From contig JBBQRQ010000134.1 in assembly GCA_038214755.1 (NCBI GenBank), forward strand, positions 1 through 10,073: a stretch of DNA of 10,073 nucleotides. The letters run 5' to 3'. The DNA comes from Verrucomicrobiota bacterium. Its GTDB lineage: Bacteria; Verrucomicrobiota; Verrucomicrobiia; Limisphaerales; CANJXF01. Shown piece after piece: positions 1 to 6,725 of this stretch. How positions within the stretch are numbered: position 1 is the stretch's first letter; every line of letters starts with the position of its first letter. The translations under genes and the position numbers were made by a program. The notes under the pieces were generated by a model, which did not search any database, had not been told where the DNA came from, and saw only the letters and a list, made by a program, of their open reading frames with translations.

Positions 1-124
1 GCGCAACCGGCAGAAAAAACCGCAGCACAAAACCACCACCGACTTTTTCACCGCCATGAACGCCGAACATCATCGCTACGCCATCCGCTGCCTTCATGCC
101 CGCCAGCCAAGCTTTCAATCATCT

Positions 125-967
125 TCATGAATTGGCCGTGAACACTGTAAGCCGGTGCGCAATTAAGATAGCAATATCTTCTTTCGTCCATTTCAATTCA
201 AGTTTCACTGCGCTAAAATGATCTTTATTGACGTAAGTTAGCGCTTGGTAAATATCTGAGCGGAAAAAAAGTTTGAATCGTATCCGCTTAAGCCTGATCA
301 ATTCTCCCACCGCTCGCATCAGATTACTAAGCAAGTCCTCCAACTCATCACTCGATCCTCCATTCAACGAAACTTCATCAAGGCTGTCGAGGCAGAGCCA
401 CAAATCAGCGTTCTGACTATTTAGCCATTCTTCGGCCGTGTAAATGACCTGATCGCACTCAGTAGCTCGAAGCGGCGCTTTGAGAGGCAACTCAGTGCTC
501 AAGAAATCACCGAACCCCACCTTGATCTTCATCGTCCGGAGTGTTTGCCACCTCGTCGGCTCTTCACGAACCAAGCCCCATCTAACCAGGAATCGCTTGT
601 ATAGTTTTTGTAGGTTCTCCGGAAGAATTTCTTCTTCTAGAAGTCGTTCGGCGACGAGCGAAGCCAGATAAAATCTCCACAACACAACTTTCGATTCCGT
701 CACCGACTGAATTGTATTCCAGTGATCCCGAAGCTGAGGCTCATCTCCCACCCAAATATTCGGTTTTTGAAAAACCTGAACCTCATTCTGTAGTTCTCCC
801 AGCATCTTAAAAATCGCGCTCTTGCCAGCTCCCTTGGGTCCTAGAATCAAATACGTCTTTTCGGAACAAGCGAGATCAAACGAAATCGAACGGTAGAAAA
901 AATCGTTTAAGTGCCGCTCCTGCTGTGCAGCACCAATTCCGAAATCAATTTTATCGAGGTCACTCAT
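125..967 (-). CDS. P-loop ATPase (FunZ/Sll1717-like), probably C-terminally truncated
   Basis: Walker A GPKGAGKS, Walker B LWLCLDSLDE, downstream FFRSDIY motif and N-terminal DFG..AQQE. Likely start is ATG at 967 (the ORF track extends to 988). GC is lower than in neighbouring genes. The protein ends shortly after 'LKW...AHRL', short for this family. Confidence 0.7.
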   Translation of the reverse strand: MSDLDKIDFGIGAAQQERHLNDFFYRSISFDLACSEKTYLILGPKGAGKSAIFKMLGELQNEVQVFQKPNIWVGDEPQLRDHWNTIQSVTESKVVLWRFYLASLVAERLLEEEILPENLQKLYKRFLVRWGLVREEPTRWQTLRTMKIKVGFGDFLSTELPLKAPLRATECDQVIYTAEEWLNSQNADLWLCLDSLDEVSLNGGSSDELEDLLSNLMRAVGELIRLKRIRFKLFFRSDIYQALTYVNKDHFSAVKLELKWTKEDIAILIAHRLTVFTANS

Positions 968-1099
968 TAGGCGTATGTCAAAGCGCATCCCGCTTTTTGA
1001 AAATCATGTGCTGATTACATAGTGCCTTTTCTTCCGAAATGAAACAGGAATTCATCAAAGCTCTATTTCGTCCAAAAGAAATTCCAGCATCTAAGTCAG

Positions 1100-1116
1100 T
1101 TATTCCTCGAACAACG
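1100..1116 (-). repeat. Imperfect direct repeat of the ftsY 3' end (possible att/integration scar)
   Basis: ttattcctcgaacaacg (1100-1116) vs tcattcctcaaacaacg (1546-1562): 15/17 identical. Both read L-F-E-E-stop on the minus strand. Confidence 0.6.
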
Positions 1117-1119
1117 TAT

Positions 1120-1467
1120 TCACGCGGCTCGGTCGAAACGCTGGAAAATTTTCTTGCGACTCGTGAGCGGCGACTTTTCTTCATCCTGAATGGCTTTGAG
1201 CATGGCCATGTCTTCCAGACTTTCCTGCAAAGCGGCATCTCTCCCGTCCACCAGTTTTTGGTCGAAGTCATGTTTGCGCGGACCGATACCGAGAAAATAA
1301 AGCGCCTGCTGGATGAGTCGGTTGGTCACTTCGGAATCGCGGCTCAAACGGCGGGCCAGCATTTGTTCGCGCGGGCGGAGCGGGCGGGTTTCTTTGCGGA
1401 GAAGCAGACGCGCGGCGATACGCGATTTGCGCCATGCCGTATCTGTTTTGGGTTCCGCCTGTTTCAT
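1120..1467 (-). CDS. Hypothetical protein (~115 aa); C-terminus resembles small antitoxin-like proteins
   Basis: ORF co-directional with ftsY, with ATG at 1467 just downstream of a sigma70-like promoter. The tail ESLEDMAMLKAIQDEEKSPLTSRKKIF recalls small proteins found upstream of RelE/ParE toxins (pattern recognition only). Confidence 0.55.
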   Translation of the reverse strand: MKQAEPKTDTAWRKSRIAARLLLRKETRPLRPREQMLARRLSRDSEVTNRLIQQALYFLGIGPRKHDFDQKLVDGRDAALQESLEDMAMLKAIQDEEKSPLTSRKKIFQRFDRAA

Positions 1468-1475
1468 GTAAATGG

Positions 1476-1504
1476 AGGCTACCGGAGCAGACAATTTTTT
1501 GCAA
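1476..1504 (-). promoter_or_regulatory. Putative sigma70 promoter TTGCAA-N17-TAGCCT
   Basis: On the minus strand, -35 TTGCAA (1504-1499), a 17-nt spacer and -10 TAGCCT (1481-1476). The -10 lies 8 nt before ATG 1467, suggesting a leaderless or nearly leaderless mRNA. Confidence 0.45.
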
Positions 1505-1545
1505 ACCCGGTCAACTCGTCACGGACGCAGGAAGCTGAAAAATCC

Positions 1546-2457
1546 TCATTCCTCAAACAACGCCTGCGAAAACTGCTTCGCGTCGAACGGCTGCAAGTCA
1601 TCCGCCTGTTCGCCCAGCCCCACAAATTTTATCGGCAACCCAAGTTCTTTTTGAATCGCCACGACCATTCCGCCTTTGCTCGTGCCGTCGAGTTTTGTCA
1701 CGACGAGGCCGGTGAGCGGAACGGCTTTGTGAAATTGGCGCGCTTGATTCAATGCGTTCATCCCCGTCGTCGCATCGAGCACGAGTAGAACTTCGTGCGG
1801 CGCGCCCGGAAGTTTTTTCGCCATGACGCGATGCAGCTTTTGCAATTCCTGCATGAGATTGTGTTTCGTATGCAAGCGGCCCGCCGTGTCCACGATCAAA
1901 TAATTTGCGCCGCGCGAAATCGCGGCGCTCACGCCGTCGTGCGCGATGGAGGCGGGATCGGCTTCGGACGCGCCCGCGATCACCGGCACGTTCAAGCGTT
2001 GTCCCCACAATTTAATTTGTTCAATCGCCGCCGCGCGAAAAGTGTCGCAGGCCGCAAGCAAAACCGTAGCGCCGCGTGACTGGATCAAATGCGCGAGCTT
2101 GGCCGCAGTGGTCGTTTTACCCGTGCCGTTGACGCCGACAATCGAGACGACCGTCGGACCGCTCGGCGCGCGAATCAATTCTGTTTTGCCGCTCGATAAA
2201 GTTTTTTCCACTTCACGTTGCGCAATGGAAAAAATGTCCGTGCCGGAACTGCCTTGAGTTTCGAAAGCGAGTTTTACCGCGGCGATGATCTGCGTCGTGA
2301 CCGCCATGCCGAGGTCGGCGGAAATCAAGGCGGCTTCGAGTTCTTCCAGACTGGTTCCAGTGAGTTTCGGCGAACTGGTGACGATGCGTTTAAGTTCGTG
2401 GACAAGTTTGCTGTGCGATTTTTGCAAGCCGGTTTTAAATTTGTCGAAGAGGGTCAT
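1546..2457 (-). CDS. ftsY: Signal recognition particle receptor FtsY (NG domain only)
   Basis: SRP GTPase motifs GVNGTGKTTT, DTFRAAA, DTAGR, TKLDGTSKGG and GLGEQADDLQPFD. Start placed at ATG 2457 (MTLFDKFKTGL) because the 13-aa extension to 2496 is translated tandem repeat. Confidence 0.97.
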   Translation of the reverse strand: MTLFDKFKTGLQKSHSKLVHELKRIVTSSPKLTGTSLEELEAALISADLGMAVTTQIIAAVKLAFETQGSSGTDIFSIAQREVEKTLSSGKTELIRAPSGPTVVSIVGVNGTGKTTTAAKLAHLIQSRGATVLLAACDTFRAAAIEQIKLWGQRLNVPVIAGASEADPASIAHDGVSAAISRGANYLIVDTAGRLHTKHNLMQELQKLHRVMAKKLPGAPHEVLLVLDATTGMNALNQARQFHKAVPLTGLVVTKLDGTSKGGMVVAIQKELGLPIKFVGLGEQADDLQPFDAKQFSQALFEE

Positions 2458-2459
2458 TT

Positions 2460-2526
2460 GTTGAATCGTGAAACGTTGAATCGTGAAACGGGCCAACGGT
2501 TCAACGATTTAACGGTTCAACGTTTT
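2460..2526. repeat. Back-to-back short tandem repeat arrays (2x15-mer; 4x8-mer)
   Basis: GTTGAATCGTGAAAC x2 (2460-2489), a short spacer, then AACGGTTC/AACGATTT/AACGGTTC/AACGTTTT (2495-2526). The two arrays are roughly complementary. Confidence 0.85.
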
Positions 2527-3340
2527 TTCGGCACGCGGCTTCTTTCAGGGCGATGAAATATTTTCCCGGCAATTTCACCCCGCCAATGAGCGGTTTGCCT
2601 TTGCTCAAACCGTGGCAATCGGAACCGCCGGTCACGAGCAAATTGTGCTTCGCCGCCATTGCCAAATAGTGCGCGGAAGTTTTGTCGGAATGTTTGCTGT
2701 GAAAACATTCGAGGCCGTCCATGCCCGCTTCCACGAGCGTGGGAATGATGGAGTCCGTCCGATTCAATCCGGGATGGGCCATGACCGCGAGGCCGCCCGC
2801 GCCGTGGATTAATTCGATGGCGTCGAAGGCGGAGATTTTAAATTTCGGGGCCCAGGCCGGTTTTCCCTTTTTTAGAAAACGTGCAAAGGCTTCCTCCATG
2901 CTTTGGCAAAAGCCTTCACGAATCAGCGCGCGACCAACGTGCGGTCGTCCGGGCGAACGGCAATTGGCAATTTCGAAAACAGTTTCCGCGCGCAACGGAA
3001 TGTTTTGCTCGTTCAAGCGCGCCACCATTTCGCGAATGCGGTTTTGCCGAACGGCTTGGAATTTTTTGGTTTCTTGGAGGAGCTTCGGGTTTTTCGTATC
3101 GAGAAAAAAGCCGAGCAAGTGCAACTCCGTTTCATTAACTTCCGCCGTCAATTCTGTGCCGGGAATAAATTCGATTTCCAATTCTGCGCACGCCGCGGCC
3201 ATTCGTTCGCAACCTTCCACCGTGTCGTGATCGGTCAACGCCATCGCCGCAAGTTCATGACGTTTTCCGTGCGCGGCCAGTTCCTCCGGCGAGTAAGTGC
3301 CATCGGAAAAATTCGTGTGGAGGTGAAGATCGGCGAACAT
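2501..3340 (-). CDS. PHP domain metal-dependent phosphoesterase (TrpH/YciV-like)
   Basis: Metal-binding motifs DLHLHTNFSDG, LTDHDT, GTE, GRPH, MAHP and GGSDCHG. Confidence 0.93.
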   Translation of the reverse strand: MFADLHLHTNFSDGTYSPEELAAHGKRHELAAMALTDHDTVEGCERMAAACAELEIEFIPGTELTAEVNETELHLLGFFLDTKNPKLLQETKKFQAVRQNRIREMVARLNEQNIPLRAETVFEIANCRSPGRPHVGRALIREGFCQSMEEAFARFLKKGKPAWAPKFKISAFDAIELIHGAGGLAVMAHPGLNRTDSIIPTLVEAGMDGLECFHSKHSDKTSAHYLAMAAKHNLLVTGGSDCHGLSKGKPLIGGVKLPGKYFIALKEAACRKNVEPLNR

Positions 3341-3346
3341 CGGTTT

Positions 3347-3422
3347 AGTTCAAAGTTTCAGGTTTAAAGTTTAAAGTTGAGCAAGCGGGGAACTTTGAAC
3401 ATCGAACTTTAAACCTTGAACT
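3347..3422. repeat. Inverted heptamer arrays forming a long imperfect hairpin
   Basis: AGTTCAA/AGTTTCA/GGTTTAA/AGTTTAA/AGTT (3347-3378) vs AACTTTG/AACATCG/AACTTTA/AACCTTG/AACT (3391-3422): 25/32 complementary, 12-nt loop. Confidence 0.9.
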
Positions 3423-3922
3423 CACTTCACGATCCTCGCCGGACGCAGCAGTTCGCTTTTTACTTTGTCCAAAAGACCGTTCACAAATTTGCCACTGTCC
3501 TCTGTGGAAAATTTTTTGGCGATGTCCACCGCTTCGTTGATGCTCACGACCGGCGGGATGTCGTCGCGAAAAAGCATTTCGTAAATTCCCAGCCGCAAAA
3601 TATTTCGGTCCACCACGGCCATGCGATGGAGGTCCCAGTTTTGCGCATGTTTTTTTATTTGCGTATCAATCATGTCGCGATTTTCCAACGTGCCGCGAAT
3701 CAACGGCTCGGCGAAAACACGCAAGGCGGTTTCTTCAACGGAGGGCGGGGGCAGTTCGGTTTTTTCGCCCCAGGTCGCGTCGCCTTTATCCTCGGCGAGA
3801 GCGGCGGAGCGTTGCGAATTCCAGAATTGCGCCAGCGCCAATTCCAAATCTTCCGGCGGATTCAAGTCATGCTGAAATAAAAACTGGACGGCGCGTTCCC
3901 GCGCCTCACGTCGTTGTCCCAT
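3422..3922 (-). CDS. nusB: Transcription antitermination factor NusB
   Basis: N-terminal RREARERAVQFLFQ, then NWDLHRMAVVDRNILRLG and PPVVSINEAVDIAKKFSTEDSGKFVNGLLD. Confidence 0.97.
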   Translation of the reverse strand: MGQRREARERAVQFLFQHDLNPPEDLELALAQFWNSQRSAALAEDKGDATWGEKTELPPPSVEETALRVFAEPLIRGTLENRDMIDTQIKKHAQNWDLHRMAVVDRNILRLGIYEMLFRDDIPPVVSINEAVDIAKKFSTEDSGKFVNGLLDKVKSELLRPARIVK

Positions 3923-3972
3923 GGCGGGAAGATACTGGTAAAATCAAAGGCGGGAGAGAAATAATTTGGGAG

Positions 3973-4076
3973 CATCGCAAATTAAAAATTAAAAATGTAA
4001 AATTAAAACTGTCGCCGTCGCGCAGACTCGGTCCCGGCCTTTTCAATTTTTAATTTTGCATTTTTCATTTGCGATG
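3973..4076. repeat. AT-rich inverted repeat built from heptamers, 32-nt GC-rich loop
   Basis: CATCGCAAATTAAAAATTAAAAATGTAAAATTAAAA (3973-4008) vs the reverse complement of 4041-4076: 30/36 match. Confidence 0.9.
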
Positions 4077-4105
4077 GTTGTTTCGGGGAGAGTTTGTTCG
4101 TCCGA

Positions 4106-4250
4106 CCGGGTAGCATCCGCCTCCGGCGGGTGCGATCAATCAATGCTACATTCAAGATCCAAAGACCGGATTCAACACCGAACATCGAACACCGAACATC
4201 GAACATCGAATGAAGAATCTTCGCACCCGCCGGAGGCAGATGCTACCCGG
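4106..4250. repeat. REPIN-like element copy 1 (inverted GTAG-type REP pair with heptamer array)
   Basis: Arms 4106-4135 and 4221-4250 are 29/30 complementary. The spacer contains AACAYCG x5 (4174-4208). Confidence 0.9.
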
Positions 4251-4298
4251 CGTTCACGCGCGGTTGCAGTTCGGCGGAAAGAACGTAGAGGTTAAATC

Positions 4299-5396
4299 AT
4301 GAAAACGTTTTGGATTTTTCTTTGCCTCCTGGCCGTGGTTTTTCTACTGGGAAATTTTTGGGGCAAAGGGCAGCATCGCAGTGTGGCCGCCACTGGAAAT
4401 AATATGAATGCCTCGAATGAAAATTTCACCAAGCCCTCCGATGAACAATTGAAGAAAACTCTCGACCCGCTGCAATACGCAGTGACGCAAAAGGAGAAAA
4501 CTGAACCTGCTTTCCACAATGAATATTGGGACAACCACCAGCCGGGGATTTATGTCGATGTCGTCTCGGGCGAGCCGCTTTTCAGTTCGCTGGATAAGTT
4601 TGAATCGGGGACGGGCTGGCCCAGTTTTACCCGGCCATTACCGAGCGTGGCGGTGGTGGAAAAGAAAGACAGCACGTTCGGATTTTCCCGCACGGAAGTC
4701 CGTTCCAAAAAAGCCGACTCGCATCTCGGCCACGTTTTTGACGACGGCCCGCAACCGACTGGACAGCGTTACTGCATGAATTCCGCCGCGTTGCGTTTCG
4801 TGCCGGTGGAGACGATGGAGAAGGAGGGTTACGGAAAATTTATGGAACCATTTATTAAAGCCGGGCTAATCAAAGTCAAAGCCAGCGACGAGAGCGCGAA
4901 AGGGACGCCGGGCCGCGAGACAGCCGTTTTGGCAGGCGGCTGTTTCTGGGGCATGGAAGAAGTTCTGCGCAAGATTCCTGGTGTGATCGAGACGAGCGTC
5001 GGTTACAGCGGCGGGAAGGTGGCAAATCCGTCTTATCGACAAGTTTGCTCGGGCGACACCGGCCACGCCGAAGCGATCCAAATTATTTTCGATCCCGCAA
5101 AAATTTCTTACGAACAATTGCTCGGCTATTTCTTTCGCATGCACGACCCCACCACGCGCAACCGGCAGCATAACGATGTGGGCACGCAATATCGCTCGGC
5201 CATTTTTTATAAAAATGAAGATCAGAAAAAGACCGCGGAGCGGGTGAAGGAGCGGTTGAATCAATCGGGAAAATTCGGCAAACCCCTCGTCACTGAGATC
5301 GCGAAGGCCAGTGAGTTTTATCCCGCCGAAGAATATCACCAGAACTATTTGGTGAAAAATCCCGGCGGTTATAATTGCCATGTGTTGCGGGATTAA
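4299..5396 (+). CDS. msrAB: Bifunctional methionine sulfoxide reductase MsrB-MsrA with N-terminal signal/anchor
   Basis: MsrB motifs [28 protein letters not shown] and RYCMNS. MsrA motifs [24 protein letters not shown] and [11 protein letters not shown]. Hydrophobic N-terminus; GAGG lies 7 nt upstream of the ATG. Confidence 0.96.
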   Translation: MKTFWIFLCLLAVVFLLGNFWGKGQHRSVAATGNNMNASNENFTKPSDEQLKKTLDPLQYAVTQKEKTEPAFHNEYWDNHQPGIYVDVVSGEPLFSSLDKFESGTGWPSFTRPLPSVAVVEKKDSTFGFSRTEVRSKKADSHLGHVFDDGPQPTGQRYCMNSAALRFVPVETMEKEGYGKFMEPFIKAGLIKVKASDESAKGTPGRETAVLAGGCFWGMEEVLRKIPGVIETSVGYSGGKVANPSYRQVCSGDTGHAEAIQIIFDPAKISYEQLLGYFFRMHDPTTRNRQHNDVGTQYRSAIFYKNEDQKKTAERVKERLNQSGKFGKPLVTEIAKASEFYPAEEYHQNYLVKNPGGYNCHVLRD

Positions 5397-5404
5397 GATT
5401 CCCG

Positions 5405-5587
5405 CCGGGTAGCATCTGCCTCCGGCGGGTGCGAGGGAAACCTGTTCAAAGTTCAATGTTCAATGTTCAACGTTGGAGGTGGGTTTTAATTTTCAACCAT
5501 CCAGCCATCCAACCATCCAGCCATCCAACCATCCAACCATCCAAATAGGAAATGTCTTCGCACCCGCCGGAGGCAGATGCTACCCCG
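5405..5587. repeat. REPIN-like element copy 2
   Basis: Arms 5405-5434 and 5558-5587 are 29/30 complementary. The spacer has GTTCAAH x4 (5444-5471) and CARCCATC x6 (5494-5541). It sits between convergent genes and may act as a terminator/stabiliser. Confidence 0.9.
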
Positions 5588-5618
5588 TTTCAAAGGAGGA
5601 AATTTTTACGCAAATAGT

Positions 5619-6524
5619 TCAGTGGTTTTCTTCCAAAATCATTTGGCGGCGGGAATAATCGAAGATCACTTTGTAATGTTGGAGAGCGGCCATGCCGATG
5701 TGCCCGGCTAAACCTTTCCCGGCGGGCGAGGCGTCTGTGAAAAAATTGGCCGACGGTTTGGCCAACGTGAAACCGCCCAGCCGCAGTTCCGGCACAGTGC
5801 CGTGACGGATGTGCGCGCTGCCGCCCACGCCGCGTTTTATTCCGGAAGTTTCCTGCGCGCCAGCGAGCCGATTGGTTTCCACGAACTCAGGGGACAGACA
5901 AAGATAATCGTCGCAGCCAGTATCAACTTCGAATCGCGCGCGCACCACGGAACCAGTCGGCGAAAGAATCGCCGCGTCAATGATGGGCGTGTCTTTCTCG
6001 AAATGGAGCGGAATGATTTCGCCTTTTCCGACGTAGGAAAAAGAGTCAGGTTCGCGGAGCCGAAGTTTTTTTTCTGCAAAATCAATTTCGACAACGAACC
6101 GCCGAAAAAATCCTGACCCAAGAATTCCGTCGCGTCGCCTCCGGGAGTTCTCCGCTTCCGAGGGCAGAGACGCCATCCGTCGTGGAGAGTAAACAATGCC
6201 GCCGAAGTCGAACACCGCGCCGCTGTAAGTGCCGGCTTCCTCTTCGCCTGCGATTCCGACGATGGTGATTCTGCCGGCGCGTCGCAATTTCAGAGGCTCG
6301 ATGAGATCGGGATGAATCATGTTAATGCCGTAACCCGTGTCGAGAAGGAACGAGAGTGGCGCTCCGTTTACTTTTGTCGGCACCATAATTCGATTGTGGA
6401 TTGACGTGATGGGAAGGGTGACGGAAGTCATATTGGTCTTGTCAGCGGCTTTGGTTTCCGAGACGAAGAGAGTCGTGCAGAAAAGAAGCAGCCAAAAACC
6501 GCGTACTTTAATTTCCGACGGCAA
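5619..6524 (-). CDS. Secreted aspartyl protease family protein (two retropepsin-like domains)
   Basis: Two catalytic motifs, FLLDTG and FEVDTG, plus DGILG and GHIG. Signal-peptide-like KVRGFWLLLFCTTLFVSETKA. The start is uncertain: TTG 6524 is preferred because the ORF extension to 6713 crosses a putative MITE. Confidence 0.85.
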   Translation of the reverse strand: MPSEIKVRGFWLLLFCTTLFVSETKAADKTNMTSVTLPITSIHNRIMVPTKVNGAPLSFLLDTGYGINMIHPDLIEPLKLRRAGRITIVGIAGEEEAGTYSGAVFDFGGIVYSPRRMASLPSEAENSRRRRDGILGSGFFRRFVVEIDFAEKKLRLREPDSFSYVGKGEIIPLHFEKDTPIIDAAILSPTGSVVRARFEVDTGCDDYLCLSPEFVETNRLAGAQETSGIKRGVGGSAHIRHGTVPELRLGGFTLAKPSANFFTDASPAGKGLAGHIGMAALQHYKVIFDYSRRQMILEENH

Positions 6525-6557
6525 AGATAAAATCGCGCGACAAAACTTATTTAAAAG

Positions 6558-6695
6558 AGACTGTGTGCCAAAATAAATTTCGTCTCGCGAACAGAACGCC
6601 GCACTCCGGTTCGGCTCGTCGCAGGCGAATATCGGGCTTGGTGCGGATTTGGAAATCGGCGCTCCTCTCCAAAAATTTATTTCGGCTACCGATCT
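6558..6695. mobile_element. Putative 138-bp MITE-like element
   Basis: Termini AGA...TCT, subterminal inverted repeat GCCAAAATAAATTT (6567-6580) / AAATTTATTTCGGC (6673-6686) matching 13/14, flanked by AAAAG direct repeats (6553-6557, 6696-6700). Confidence 0.45.
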
Positions 6696-6725
6696 AAAAG
6701 CGAGTCCGCGCACGATTGAAGCGGT

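Noticed and set aside
1..130. Possible gene end or start at the left edge
   Set aside because: Several short frames are open but none has a recognisable motif, so it cannot be called without flanking sequence.
1039..1788. 249-aa plus-strand ORF
   Set aside because: Overlaps ftsY antisense and has no recognisable domain; the minus-strand reading is better supported.
2458..2496. N-terminal FtsY extension MARFTIQRFTIQQ
   Set aside because: Derived from the 15-bp tandem repeat. Short NG-only FtsY proteins are common and unremarkable.
3923..3957. nusB promoter (TATCTT 6 nt before the ATG, suggesting a leaderless mRNA)
   Set aside because: Only a -10-like hexamer with no supporting -35; too weak to report as a feature.
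4003..4295. Small ORFs 4003-4206 (-) and 4056-4295 (+)
   Set aside because: They are translations of REP arms and heptamer arrays (HRTSN repeats, SSHPPEADATRR).
5473..5658. 61-aa ORF with QPSSHPTIQPSNHPTI repeats
   Set aside because: Translation of the 8-bp array and REP arm.
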